From a virus (lineage: Duplodnaviria > Heunggongvirae > Uroviricota > Caudoviricetes), in IMG/VR virus record IMGVR_UViG_3300021387_000463, positions 43,001 through 107,000 of that record: a stretch of DNA of 64,000 nucleotides; one strand, 5' to 3'. This document shows, in pieces, positions 10,355-22,700 of this stretch. The first letter of the stretch is position 1; each line of letters begins with the position of its first letter. The translations under genes were made by a program, and so were the position numbers. The notes below the pieces were generated by a model. It saw only the letters and a list, made by a program, of their open reading frames with translations, did no database searches and had not been told where the DNA came from.

Positions 10355-13300
10355 ATGGATACTAATATTTTTCTAAAAGAGTTTAATAGTAAGAAATCAG
10401 TTAGTGACAATAGCGGACTGAACGTATCTTTGGGTGGTAAGAGAAGACTCTTGCCACTCACTGATGCGTCTTATGTTATTAGCGCATACGAACAGTATGA
10501 GAAGGAAAGGGCGAATTGCAATGTTATTCGTCTTACTTGCCAAGTTAACCCAATATGTACTAATGTCCTTTTCAATAGGGTTACAGAGGTTGTAAAGCGA
10601 GAGGGAAGTAATGGCGTTACCGTTATTAACTATGGAGTTAGTGGAGATACCACCGATGCTATTAATTTCAGTGGAGTTAAATACAAGGAGAAAACCATGA
10701 GTTTCTGGAGTGGTAGTTGTGCCACTTATCAAAGTATAGATGGTATAACAAGTGCATTATCTTACCAAACTCCAGTTACAAAGGCTGTATCAACATCTAG
10801 TTTAAACTATGATAATACACAGTCTTTCAATGAGGTTGATAGTTTGCACCCAACAAATGCAATTAGAGACATGCAATTGACAAAACCAGACAGTAATGGA
10901 AATTCATTTATTTATCATTGTGGTTTGGATATATTGAACAATCACTTGATAAGAAGCAAAACCTTTAAACCAATTTGCAAGTTCCCTAAAGAGGTGAACC
11001 TTAGCTGTGAGTATGAAACACAAGAGAATCCAACTACTGAGAAGCCTTATGGAGCATTTAACACCATTGCTGATGTAATGCGTGATGTCAATGGAAATAA
11101 GGTGATTGAAAAACTATACTTCCCTGTTAGTGCTCAGATTGATGGTAATACTAAGATACTTGCAAGACATCTTTATGAGTATGATGATATTCAAACTTTC
11201 AAGGATGCCGTTGATAAAATGCGCATTGAGAAATATAATGGTTGGTTTGGTTTTGAGAATAGTTCAAAAATTAAGACTTATAATGATTTCTTAACAAATG
11301 AGAGTCTTGGGTTGGAGAGACCAGTCATGTATATGAATGGTGGTGACTTCGTTGACATGTACCCTTCTAGAGACCTATACTCATTCATACCAAAATGGAA
11401 TGAATATAGGAAGAGAATCGAGAAGAATTGGAACTATTGCATTACATACCCTAGTTCTTCAGTTACAGAGGGGTTTGAAGAGTTTATCGAGACCAATAAC
11501 GGTGTCAACTCTTTGAAAGCAATCTATTTTGATGAGAATACAAGGGCAGATAATGGAACAAGCCAGATTGTTATATATAGTATCTCAAAGCACGGATTGG
11601 TAGAAGGCGACTATGTGAATATCTATAACACATACAAGAAAGATGGTGATACGGTCACTGAGAAGGTAATTGATGGTGCTCAAGTGAGCAATGTCGTTGA
11701 TGACTACATATTCACTGTATTTGGGGCTAATACTAAGATAAGTAATTCTTGGCTTGAGCTTACTGCTGACGATATGAGGTCAATATCCATAAAGGTAAAT
11801 GACATTGAATATAAATTAGACCCTAAAAAGCATGACTATTATTATAGGGTTGACAGCGATAATAATGTTATAAAATATTACATTATAAACCAAACCGATG
11901 ACTTTAACGGCTATGTAAATCTTGATGATAACGCCCAAAACATATCATATAAGAAGGTTGTCGGTGGTATGGAGTGTGAATACTACGTGAGAGTGTTCTC
12001 AAGATTGCCTAACTTCAAATATGCTAGCGGAATAACAAGCGCATATGACTTGTATGGTCATGGTGATGAAATGATTACAACGTATCAGAAGCCTGAATAT
12101 GATTTTGAAAGCCACGTATCTAGACTTGCTTTCGCTAAGAACATATACTCAGACGATATTGGCGAAGTTGTATTCACTGATGACATTGATATATCAAACT
12201 TGAAGGATAACCTTGGAAGGCCTCTTACTTCGGTGTATATGACACTTGTAAAGAACAATAAGGGCTATAAAGAGTGGTATGGTTTTGGCTTTAAGGAAAC
12301 GGATTGGAAGCCAGAGCAACAAGTATCAGCAGATACAATTGAATTCTCACATTGCTTCGGAAAGATAACATGTGGATTCGATTTCTCTTATGAATCACTC
12401 AATGGCACTAACTTGAATAGCATTAAGACGATTAACAATAGCGGTGTTAACGTTGGTTTCAATTGCAGTAAGATTAACGCTGATAGACCAACCAACGTAA
12501 ATGATGAAGAAATCGCCTACGACAGCGATATTCATTACTATGGTGACTTGTCTTACTATGATAGTTTTAACGCAATAGAGAGGCATATACAGCCTATTTT
12601 GCACAGATTTAACACTGCTCAGAGAGAATCAAAGAATTCAGCATCAAACAAGTACTTTAAGTCTTATGTTTATGATGAGATAGGCAATGATGACTACGAT
12701 AGAAATGATAAGTATGTTATCAGAAGCTACACGGTTGAAGATGCAAATGATAAGAACGAGGGCTATTATTACGTGCCTCATTATGAGATACCAATTAAGA
12801 CATTTGACACCTTAAGTTCAGTAATGCCTACATTCCTTACTATTAGGTCGTTGGTAAACAGCCCAGATGGAGCAAGGGTAACGGTATTGCAGAATCACTA
12901 TCTTGGTGTCGGTGACAAGGCCATGATTTATGATAGAGAGACAAACGAGTACTTCTATTGCAATACAACAAGTAGCGATAACGGAAAGACCTTTGTTTGT
13001 GACATATACGATGAGAAGGGTAACAAGACGGATAAAATACCTAATATATTCTCTTCAAATCCAGAGTATAGAGCAAGGTTCAGAATGTTTAAGATAGACA
13101 ATTTGGGAATACCTTCTTATGCTCATATTTTAAAGGATGGTACTTGCAGATTCATTTGGCGTAATATCGTCAATAATGGCATGAATACATCTGACAAGTC
13201 AATAGAGGCATATCCATTCACAAATGGAGCGTTCTATATCAATAAAAGGATTGACTTATACTTGAGAAGACAAGACCCATTGGCTCTATATGGACTATAT

Positions 13301-13381
13301 TCTGAGGATGATGTCTTCGGTAGAGAGGTAGAAATTGAGAAGGAAAATAATTATGTTAAAGACGATGAGATAAAATGTTAA
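10355..13381 (+). CDS. Putative virion structural protein (1008 aa)
   Basis: Long ORF, 2 nt after the previous stop, in the baseplate operon; no recognised domain. Confidence 0.65.
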   Translation: MDTNIFLKEFNSKKSVSDNSGLNVSLGGKRRLLPLTDASYVISAYEQYEKERANCNVIRLTCQVNPICTNVLFNRVTEVVKREGSNGVTVINYGVSGDTTDAINFSGVKYKEKTMSFWSGSCATYQSIDGITSALSYQTPVTKAVSTSSLNYDNTQSFNEVDSLHPTNAIRDMQLTKPDSNGNSFIYHCGLDILNNHLIRSKTFKPICKFPKEVNLSCEYETQENPTTEKPYGAFNTIADVMRDVNGNKVIEKLYFPVSAQIDGNTKILARHLYEYDDIQTFKDAVDKMRIEKYNGWFGFENSSKIKTYNDFLTNESLGLERPVMYMNGGDFVDMYPSRDLYSFIPKWNEYRKRIEKNWNYCITYPSSSVTEGFEEFIETNNGVNSLKAIYFDENTRADNGTSQIVIYSISKHGLVEGDYVNIYNTYKKDGDTVTEKVIDGAQVSNVVDDYIFTVFGANTKISNSWLELTADDMRSISIKVNDIEYKLDPKKHDYYYRVDSDNNVIKYYIINQTDDFNGYVNLDDNAQNISYKKVVGGMECEYYVRVFSRLPNFKYASGITSAYDLYGHGDEMITTYQKPEYDFESHVSRLAFAKNIYSDDIGEVVFTDDIDISNLKDNLGRPLTSVYMTLVKNNKGYKEWYGFGFKETDWKPEQQVSADTIEFSHCFGKITCGFDFSYESLNGTNLNSIKTINNSGVNVGFNCSKINADRPTNVNDEEIAYDSDIHYYGDLSYYDSFNAIERHIQPILHRFNTAQRESKNSASNKYFKSYVYDEIGNDDYDRNDKYVIRSYTVEDANDKNEGYYYVPHYEIPIKTFDTLSSVMPTFLTIRSLVNSPDGARVTVLQNHYLGVGDKAMIYDRETNEYFYCNTTSSDNGKTFVCDIYDEKGNKTDKIPNIFSSNPEYRARFRMFKIDNLGIPSYAHILKDGTCRFIWRNIVNNGMNTSDKSIEAYPFTNGAFYINKRIDLYLRRQDPLALYGLYSEDDVFGREVEIEKENNYVKDDEIKC

Positions 13382-16377
13382 AATACAGTGTAAAGCTTAC
13401 TGATAAAGATTTCAAAGACAATAACATAGTTTGGAGAGAAAAATATGTTGCACCAGATTTGTCATATATTTCTGGTGTGACAGACTTCTCATGTCATCTT
13501 GAAAAGCATCCATATATGACGGTTGAAAACCCATCAGCAAACCAAAGCAATATTCTTAAGGTTGAAAGTGAGGTTGTAACTAGATTAGGATACGTTATCT
13601 TAAGAGACAAAGAATATCCAGTTAAAAAGGTTAACGGTATAAATTATGTACAGATTAACGATAGGTTCTTCTACGAGAGTGGTGGTAAATTCACCATTAA
13701 GGATTGGTTATGTGAGTCATTTGTAAGAAAAAACGGCAAGATTGTTCCAAACATGGTGGAGAAAGATGTCTCTACAACCGCTAGCGGTGGAAAAATTAAA
13801 CTTGATACAATTTGTTGGATTGAGGACGGTTTTGTCACAATTGATGGAGTTGAATACATATTTGACCCAAATGAGCAACAAAGCGATGGCACGGTGGGTT
13901 GTTTGAAGTTCAAGAATGATGGAAGGGTAATCAGTAAACCATGCGAATGTTCTTCAGTTTACTTTGCACCTTTTACTGATGTGTCATTTATCCATGAGGT
14001 TTGTAAATTTAAGGCTTATTCAACACCTTATTTGTCTTATAAATTCACAGATATAAAATACTGTGAGTATTTCTTTTTTGCTAAGTATAAGGAACATTAT
14101 TGTCCAGTTAGACTTAAGGACAGTAACTTTGTTTGTGAAGTACCTTTAGGTGGTGATATATCATCTTTAACAGATTATCAAGTATATGCTCATAGCGAGG
14201 ATGGTGATGGCGAATTTGAGGTTAACACTAGTGTCGATGGTGTTCACGGTATAAACGATTTGCTATTCCTTGATATGTTCATTAAGCTTGAGGGTGAGGA
14301 ATTCCCTATAAATTATGATTATAGGGCATCAAACAGCTCCAAGTATATAATGGTACGAATGGAGAATCAAACGATAAGTGTGCCAGTTGGCGAGACCATA
14401 TCATTCGTTGATTCTTCACTCAATGAATGTAACATTGACGTTGAAAGCGGAACTGTACTATATGATGGTAAAAAATATTACGTTGAAGATGGCTTGTTTG
14501 ACAAGGCTAAAATCGATGGAACGGAATATGATGTCACATATGATGACTTGGACAGTACTATAGCGTATGTAACCATTGATGGTGAACAAGTTCCAATGAA
14601 GCGCAATGGAAATACCTTGACAAGATACGGTTATGTTCTCAAGAAGGGAGCAAGTGTTATTTCAGAGGAATCATACACCATAAAGAAATACAGTGGTGTT
14701 ACAATTGATGGTGTGGCTTATCTTGTTAAGGACAATATAGCATACATCGGAAAGAGTAACAAGATTAAGTTCATTGTCACAGATATTAAGGGTAATTCAT
14801 TATATATCTGTACCCCATATCTTAACCCAAATGAATATGGTGATGACTATATTAATAGCAAAGCTTATGAGTTATGCTTTATGGTAGTTGGAAACAAGGA
14901 CAACTTTGACTTACAAGTTAACAACAAAGTATTTGGACTAGAGACTGTTTCTAAGGAGTCAGTGTTTGGATATACGGATAATCCAACATCTAGTGATGAC
15001 GTTTATAATGTATTCGAGTATCTTAAGATTAATGGTGATAACGGATATATCAATTTACCTATTACATTCACATCAGCCAGAGGTAATAACATGCTTCAGA
15101 GCGATACGATAAAGAAAGATTTCTGCGAGAAGGAAAAGGAAAAGGCGATAAACAAGATTGTCGATTTGGAAAAGGATGTATACGCCCCAAAGATATTGCT
15201 TGACGATAAGTATGCTGGTTCAAGTTCAAACTTCCAATCAGTACACACAATAAACGTTAGTCTTCACTTTAGGACAAGAAACCTTGAGAATTGGAAGGTT
15301 AATGAGGGATATAATGACATATCAGTGAGTGGCACTGCTGATAACTGGTTCATTACCGACTATGAGCCATACAAGACAATGATAACAGCAACCACCACAA
15401 CAGACGAACAACGTGATACAATGATGAGAACATCTGACTTATTGGGTTTCCTTAACTTTGATAACAATGATGTATTCTATCAGAAATCAAAAATAGCGAA
15501 ATCTTTTTTGAGGTTTACATTCTATGACTCTATTGACCCACAAACTCAGTCACTACTTGCAACATCTTCAGTATTTTTAAATGAACATGACCTTTATAAG
15601 AAATTCATTGACAACTCAAGAAAGGGTGTTCATGATTACCTACAGTTTGCATTAACAATGGATGAAACCTTGATTGCCAACAAAATAAGGGTTACAACTG
15701 AGAGATTGGCAACTAGTAAGGAATATGACGATACAAACCCTCCAAAGGACATTATAAAGATTAACAGACCAGAGGGTGAACCACTAGTTGATACTGATAG
15801 ATACATTTCATTAAAAGAGAATGCAAGATTGAGTTCTAGATTCGTAATCGATAACAAATACAGCACCGATACGTCATCTGAAGGATTTTACATTTATATA
15901 TTTAGAGAGTATGCTGAAAAATTGCATCCTAAACGTATTTATATGAAAATTGAGTTCAACCATGCTGGAATCGGTAAGACCATTCCATTCATCGTACCGA
16001 TGAGGTGGAAAAAAAAGAATGATAATGACGATAGTAACGAGGTAAATCCTTATACAAGAGTAACTCTTTCAAATAAAGTAGAAACACAAGAGCAAGGAGA
16101 AGAAACTCCAACAGTTCTTTCCGACTTAGATTACCTCAAGCAAGGTTATCCTCTATCATGGGTTTATGCACAGTCATATATACCATTATATGCTGTCTAT
16201 GACTTTAAAAACAAGGAATACGGCTATGTATTCGACAATAGATATGTAGATGTAGACAAAAAAGATGATGGTGTTATAAATCTTAATCTATTCGAGATAA
16301 AGATTAAGAATGACGAAGACCCAACAACCAATGAAGGTACTGCCATAATTGAACCAAACAAACAGTTTGAAAAATGA
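13375..16377 (+). CDS. Putative virion structural protein (1000 aa)
   Basis: Long ORF overlapping both neighbours; beta-rich IDGVEY/IDGTEY/IDGVAY repeats. Confidence 0.65.
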   Translation: MLKYSVKLTDKDFKDNNIVWREKYVAPDLSYISGVTDFSCHLEKHPYMTVENPSANQSNILKVESEVVTRLGYVILRDKEYPVKKVNGINYVQINDRFFYESGGKFTIKDWLCESFVRKNGKIVPNMVEKDVSTTASGGKIKLDTICWIEDGFVTIDGVEYIFDPNEQQSDGTVGCLKFKNDGRVISKPCECSSVYFAPFTDVSFIHEVCKFKAYSTPYLSYKFTDIKYCEYFFFAKYKEHYCPVRLKDSNFVCEVPLGGDISSLTDYQVYAHSEDGDGEFEVNTSVDGVHGINDLLFLDMFIKLEGEEFPINYDYRASNSSKYIMVRMENQTISVPVGETISFVDSSLNECNIDVESGTVLYDGKKYYVEDGLFDKAKIDGTEYDVTYDDLDSTIAYVTIDGEQVPMKRNGNTLTRYGYVLKKGASVISEESYTIKKYSGVTIDGVAYLVKDNIAYIGKSNKIKFIVTDIKGNSLYICTPYLNPNEYGDDYINSKAYELCFMVVGNKDNFDLQVNNKVFGLETVSKESVFGYTDNPTSSDDVYNVFEYLKINGDNGYINLPITFTSARGNNMLQSDTIKKDFCEKEKEKAINKIVDLEKDVYAPKILLDDKYAGSSSNFQSVHTINVSLHFRTRNLENWKVNEGYNDISVSGTADNWFITDYEPYKTMITATTTTDEQRDTMMRTSDLLGFLNFDNNDVFYQKSKIAKSFLRFTFYDSIDPQTQSLLATSSVFLNEHDLYKKFIDNSRKGVHDYLQFALTMDETLIANKIRVTTERLATSKEYDDTNPPKDIIKINRPEGEPLVDTDRYISLKENARLSSRFVIDNKYSTDTSSEGFYIYIFREYAEKLHPKRIYMKIEFNHAGIGKTIPFIVPMRWKKKNDNDDSNEVNPYTRVTLSNKVETQEQGEETPTVLSDLDYLKQGYPLSWVYAQSYIPLYAVYDFKNKEYGYVFDNRYVDVDKKDDGVINLNLFEIKIKNDEDPTTNEGTAIIEPNKQFEK

Positions 16378-18839
16378 GAAAGATACAGAAAAAAATATCA
16401 CTAGAACCAATGACTAGTAGACTGCCTAGCATTCTACCAGCTTATATGAATAATCAACTCTATTTCTTCGATGATACCAATCTGAAGAAGAGGGATTATA
16501 CATATACTAGTAACTATGGCATGATACCAATGAATGTTGACCTTAGTGGCTATAGTGGTAGTATACCTTGTTTGGACAATAACGAATGTTTAACTTGTAG
16601 TGGAACTAGCGCATATACTTACACTCCAGTAATTGAAAGGGAGGATAAGTGTGACCAAGACCCAAGCACTAGAAGGGAAGGATGTGAGTTATGTCAATGC
16701 CGTATAATTTCATTTGAACGTTTAAGTATTTGGTATAATAAGTTTACAGAATACTACCACCTTCTTAATGATTACAGCCACTGTAATACTGTGTATTCAT
16801 CGGCTGTTGAATACTATTATAATGAAGGGGGACTTATTAATCCAAATCACGTTACTAGCGTAACAAGAAGTGGAAATAACATAACGCTTAAGGGTAATGG
16901 TTATACTATTACCACTGTGAATGGTAAGGCATATATTCCTAATGGTAATGAATTAAATGCTACTCCTACCATTTCTAATAATTCATTGGTAATTACCTAT
17001 AAGAGTTCTCATGATTCATCTAGTACTGGAACAACAACAGTGCCATTAGGAAATGTTCTTAAAGAAAGAAATGGGAGTCTTGAAGACTTATATTATGGTA
17101 ATGATTTGCAGACATACATTGATTTGGATAATGAAATAAAGTGTATGGGTGGCAGACCAACAACATCTTCTATAACTATAACAACTGATTGTAATGGTAA
17201 TACAACACCTAAAAGTTATCAAACGGTTGATAAGGGTTTTTATGAGTGGATTTGTGAAAATGTAGTGCCAACATATCCAATGCCAAAAGAGTATCAAGAT
17301 TATTGGCAAAGACAAACACTATATTACCCAGATGTAATTAAGTGGATAGGTTGGTTTAAGGAAAGATATGGCAAATATGGTGTAAATCCTGATTGTAAAA
17401 CTGAGGAAGGTGATTGTTGTGACTGCACGGAATATGTGAATCGTGGTGGTTATAATATGATAGACGAAGATAATGAAGACTCAATGGTATTTTGGTATAA
17501 TAAAATACAAAACAACATTATTTCTAGTTTACCAAAAGACACATATGCTTGTGTGGATATAGTACACTATAATTGTTATGAACCTTTTTATATAATGCCA
17601 ATTGAATTGCAGAATTCTATTGAAGATTTGGGAGAATTCACTATATTTTGTGAAGAATATAAAGCTGGGATTGATTATAGAACAATACCAACTGAAAGTG
17701 CTGAGACAAAGACCATAATACACTTTGAAAGTGGTAATACACATAGTGGAACGACAGTTTTAAAAGATGGTGTACCCCAACAGCTTGTAAGCGGAATGGG
17801 TTATACATATGATGATAAATATATGGAGATATTACCAGATGATGATGGATGGAAGATTCCTAACACCAATATAGTCACATCTAGCCTTACTGCATTGGCA
17901 TCATCAAAGGTACAATCATTACATATTGATAATCATCTTGTTGATGATATAGGAAATCCAATAGAAGGTCTATATGATACAACAGATAAGGCAAATCACC
18001 AACCACCAGAAGGTAGCATATTGCAACCAATATACCAAGTTGGGCATAAGTACAACATGGTTAGAAACGAGGAAGTGGATAATCAGTTTATTGGTGATGA
18101 GATAGATAACATGGAGTTCTACTATATGTGCCTTGATGGAACTCCAACAACTCCTCAAAAGGCAGAAAAAGATGATGCTTTGGGTGCTATTGAAAGAGCT
18201 TCAATCCCAGATAATGACAAGCCATATTATGAGGACATCTTCTGTGATATAACTTATCACATCGGAAATATATATGTAATGTATGAAAAAGAAGAAGAAG
18301 ATGTAGAAGGTGAAATAAAAAAGGTTAAACAGATAAGATTGGCAACTGAAGAACTTGATGGCTTTGATGGACATGGTGTAGAATATATTGACACTGTTCA
18401 GTTTGTAAAGACTAGGACTGAGTACTATCTTAAGAAGATGTCAAAGGATTACGCACCTGATGAAAAGAAGGTAGCTAGCGCACACACCTTAAGCTATCCA
18501 ATTTATGTGTATAACCTAAAGAGAGGTGAGGATGAAATTGTAGATAATACATATGATACCACATACAATGATAGTTTATCTAAAGTTAGTTATGAGGTAA
18601 AGAGAAGATTTCTTGAGGAAGATGAATATCATGAAATAATAAATCCTGATTCAAATTCCCCAATAATTAGGGAAGAATATAGGTTGGGAATAGCAGGACC
18701 AGAAAGTGTAGAGGGTGATATTTATATAGACAGAGGAATAAACTCAGCCTTTGAAAAGCATCTTAAGCTTGGAGAGGTTACGAGTCTTGAAAGCTTGCTT
18801 CAGTATGGCAATGGTTATTTTAAAATAATGGAGAATTAA
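16374..18839 (+). CDS. Putative virion structural protein (821 aa) with Cys clusters
   Basis: ATGA overlap with the upstream gene; CLDNNECLTC, CELCQC and CCDC clusters. Confidence 0.65.
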   Translation: MRKIQKKISLEPMTSRLPSILPAYMNNQLYFFDDTNLKKRDYTYTSNYGMIPMNVDLSGYSGSIPCLDNNECLTCSGTSAYTYTPVIEREDKCDQDPSTRREGCELCQCRIISFERLSIWYNKFTEYYHLLNDYSHCNTVYSSAVEYYYNEGGLINPNHVTSVTRSGNNITLKGNGYTITTVNGKAYIPNGNELNATPTISNNSLVITYKSSHDSSSTGTTTVPLGNVLKERNGSLEDLYYGNDLQTYIDLDNEIKCMGGRPTTSSITITTDCNGNTTPKSYQTVDKGFYEWICENVVPTYPMPKEYQDYWQRQTLYYPDVIKWIGWFKERYGKYGVNPDCKTEEGDCCDCTEYVNRGGYNMIDEDNEDSMVFWYNKIQNNIISSLPKDTYACVDIVHYNCYEPFYIMPIELQNSIEDLGEFTIFCEEYKAGIDYRTIPTESAETKTIIHFESGNTHSGTTVLKDGVPQQLVSGMGYTYDDKYMEILPDDDGWKIPNTNIVTSSLTALASSKVQSLHIDNHLVDDIGNPIEGLYDTTDKANHQPPEGSILQPIYQVGHKYNMVRNEEVDNQFIGDEIDNMEFYYMCLDGTPTTPQKAEKDDALGAIERASIPDNDKPYYEDIFCDITYHIGNIYVMYEKEEEDVEGEIKKVKQIRLATEELDGFDGHGVEYIDTVQFVKTRTEYYLKKMSKDYAPDEKKVASAHTLSYPIYVYNLKRGEDEIVDNTYDTTYNDSLSKVSYEVKRRFLEEDEYHEIINPDSNSPIIREEYRLGIAGPESVEGDIYIDRGINSAFEKHLKLGEVTSLESLLQYGNGYFKIMEN

Positions 18840-18854
18840 CAATATTAATAAAAC

Positions 18855-19781
18855 ATGAGTGCTTTAGGTTCATATGGATTGAACATTCCAATTCAAATTA
18901 AAAACAGTGACATAGACAATTTGGTAGACATAACATTTTGCTACCATGAGACAAGGAGTTATGACTCACTCAGTGATGCGAAGTTTAAAAAGCTTCCATC
19001 AAGTGTTCTTACGTTGGCAAACAGAGACGAAGTTGTCGATGGTATAGACAATTATGTTGAGGGTATGTATAACCTTCAACTACCTCTTAGTGAGTTCAAT
19101 AAGAAGGGTTTCTACACTGTTTACATCAAGCCAAAGGAAATTAAGACGAGGATTATGGATGTCGGCTCATTGACAGCATTTCCAAACGTTAGGGGTATTG
19201 TGCTAGATTCTTCAGAAATAGAGAACAATTCCTTGGTAAGAGAGAAACTGTTGAAAAACAATGAATTGGTTGGCTATAGAATTATATACCTTGATGATAG
19301 TGGAGGAAGACAAGACTACTATAGGATAATCACATCAAACAATAAGTGTGAACCAGTGGTTCAAGCACCTTCTTCATCAAGCGATAAGTCATATACATAT
19401 CGTTATGAGGACAGCTCAAGCATTTCATTCTTGACGTTGACCCCTTCAGCAGCACCTATGTTTAAGGATAACCAGAGTCCATACATCGGAAAGGTTGGAC
19501 AAAAGATACTTTTGGTCAATACGTTGTTCGAACCAATTATGATTGACATTGAAATGACTACTCACGATGCTGATACAATCAGCTACATGTTGGAAGGTAG
19601 TCAGCTTAGAGACTTGGATAACGGTCTTGTTACCACATTCAATGATAAGAATGAGATTTACAACCAAGCAGAGCACTTTACATTGAAAGACCAATACAGT
19701 GGTAAACCTGTATATGAAGTTAAGGAAAATAAGAAGAATTCTGTTGATTTCTCACAAACATTAGACGATAAGATAGGATAA
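18855..19781 (+). CDS. Putative virion structural protein (308 aa)
   Basis: ORF in the structural operon with an AT-rich start context. Confidence 0.65.
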   Translation: MSALGSYGLNIPIQIKNSDIDNLVDITFCYHETRSYDSLSDAKFKKLPSSVLTLANRDEVVDGIDNYVEGMYNLQLPLSEFNKKGFYTVYIKPKEIKTRIMDVGSLTAFPNVRGIVLDSSEIENNSLVREKLLKNNELVGYRIIYLDDSGGRQDYYRIITSNNKCEPVVQAPSSSSDKSYTYRYEDSSSISFLTLTPSAAPMFKDNQSPYIGKVGQKILLVNTLFEPIMIDIEMTTHDADTISYMLEGSQLRDLDNGLVTTFNDKNEIYNQAEHFTLKDQYSGKPVYEVKENKKNSVDFSQTLDDKIG

Positions 19782-19782
19782 T

Positions 19783-22700
19783 ATGCCACAGTATATTAAA
19801 TCACATAGTAACTACGTTTTGAAGTCAAAGCATCAGACATTGGCTGATGGTAGTACGATTTTTGAACGTGACATAACAACAATTGGAGGTCTGAACCAGT
19901 TCGCACCTGGACAGACTCCAATTTATCGTAGTAATAACTTTATTATTACGGTAAGGGATGATGGCGGTATATCAAACCAATATAACAGAAAGAAATGGAC
20001 ACAGAACACCAAAAGCGGTGATACTTGGACTATGACAAGCTTGGAGGGTATGGTCTCTGATGGAAGCGACCAAGACGATACCAAGATTGTACTTAAGCAA
20101 GACTACTACGATTTCCGTGATTTCTGCTACTATGGCTCTTTGGCTGAAATGTTCCGTGCCTCAATCACAGATATTATTGCAAGATTTCCTGGAGAACTCT
20201 ATGGTACTACCGATAATGTATATTACACTGAGACAGAAACCGTTGATGGTAGCCTAATAGAGACTAGAAAAAAGTTAGGTGGCGAGAGTAACAACTACAA
20301 ATACGTTGTTAATCCTTTTGGTATCGATATACATTCAAAGACAGCACCGAAGGATGCAAACCCTCTCAAATACTTTGCAAATGATGGCTATAAAAACTAT
20401 AATTACATAAATGGAAGCACTAAAACACAAGTTACTTGGACTACTACCTATGAAGATAAAGATTGCTATACTAAGGGTGATAAACTCGCTACTATAACAA
20501 TCAATGGTGTAACAATATATGCTTATTTAGGTGATGATAATATAGTTTATTATTTGTCGGCATCTAGTGGTTTCCATATTCGTCCTAAAGATGAACTAAT
20601 TAGTGCATTCTATGAAGAGTGTGACAATTTCCAAAAGCTCATATTAAACCCTAAGACCAACTATAAGGCTACATTCTCTGTAATCGAAGAGACTGATGAG
20701 GGTTTCACTAGAAAGTTTGAGGACTTTATTTTCCCAACTTCAGAAGGTAACTATAACATCGATGCTAGCTCTTATGGCTTCAATACATACACCACAAGAC
20801 TTTCACAGATTGGAGAGTTCTATGATGAGTTATTCACTGATAACCTATATAGGTCAATGACCCACGAGGCTATCAAGAACTTTGACTGGACTTATACACG
20901 TGAATATATTCAAGGTGATGAAGAAGAATATGTTCTTGGTGGTCAGAAGATGCAGAAAGCCTTGAGAGTATTCGCAAGGGAATTTGATGAAATATTGGCA
21001 TACATTAATAATATAAAGAATCTTAACAGAGTCACATATGATGAGAGAGGAAATCTACCAGATTATTTCTTGACTGACACTGTTGAGAATGAGGGATGGA
21101 ATGTGGTATTGGTGACTCCATATTATACAGATTCTGCAATTACAAAAATAAATGACTGTAATGACATTCCAATTAAATTTACTCAACCTAGTGGAACAGT
21201 AAAACCATATGACATTCCAAATGAAAAGGCATATTTCTTGACTTGTTGTGGTGGTGGAACACAACCATGTGAGTATAATGGAAGTCAATATACCTTTATT
21301 GAAGCTGGAGCTAACGAATTTACAAAGTTCGATAGCTGTAACGGAGCGTTGAGAAACCGTATCAAGAGATATACGGATGATGAGGAATATACATACCATG
21401 ATGCCAATAATGAGTTCTTGAGAAGACTAAAGCTTAACTCTCGTGCAATCTGGCGTCATAAGGGCACACTTGATGGAATCGACATGATTCTATCATTGTT
21501 TGGCATGAGAAGCAAGAAATTCTGTGACGATTTGCATGAATATTATAACTGTAAGAATTTTAATTATGACTATGATGTAACAGAATATGCAACTTCAGTT
21601 AGTGCCCCAATATGTGATAGTTGGGATGCTGTTCATCAGATGTATCACATCGATTGGATTAACTCTACCAAGACAATTACCTATGATTATAGGTCTTTGT
21701 CAAACTATAATAGAGGTGCTGATGGTGTGACTTATTTACCATATCAAGGATTGCCAGTATCATATGTCACAAACGGACATTTCAATGCACGTAATGTGCG
21801 TAAAGACATTTGTCCTGATGACCCAATTGACTATATAATAGATAAAAGGGATAATACAATTAGAATAGAGTGTAACGGCCAATCTTATAAGGTCGCAGAT
21901 ATTAATGGAGATATATTTGTTTTAGGTACATCTACTTATGTTATAAGTGGCGATTACATAAAAGATGATGAGGGTAGTAAAATTAAGATAACATGGGACG
22001 AAAGATACCTATATCCTAATTTCAACCATTATGAGCAGTATGATGGAAATCCATATTTCCAAATGAAGGGTGGATGGCTTGATAAGGAGATTAGCAGTAA
22101 ATACTTCCAATTCAATGTAGATGACTATATAGTGTTTGCTAAACAATTTGAATATTATATCATCTATAACAATTCAAAATATGACGTAGATGATTCAAAC
22201 TTTACATGTCAAATAGGGACAGAAATTTATAATGTATATTATCTTAAAAATGGCGTAGAAACTAAGGTAACAACAGTTAGTGAATTGGTAAAAAATTCAT
22301 ATGTTAAAATAGATGATGAAACCTATAAAGTTAAAATTAAAGATAATAGAATATACAAGGAAACTGTAAGAAACATTAGAAGGTTCGATACCATTCAAGA
22401 TATGCTTGCAGTTCCATCATATGAAATACATGATAACCAGATTGTATATGTAACAAAGATACAGTCTAATAATTGTGTATTGGATGGCGTTGTATATGAA
22501 ATCAAGAAAGATAGTTTCTGCAAGAAAGGAGAAGAAGGTTATATTGAACTTGTAAAACAAAACGGTGTAGTCAAAGCTGGTGATGACCTATACTTCACTG
22601 AGTATGTAACAGTGTATAATAGAGATAAATCTCCACAGTCATATTATCTCAATACAATACCTAATGGACAAACCATAAAGGCTTATATAACTGAATATGG

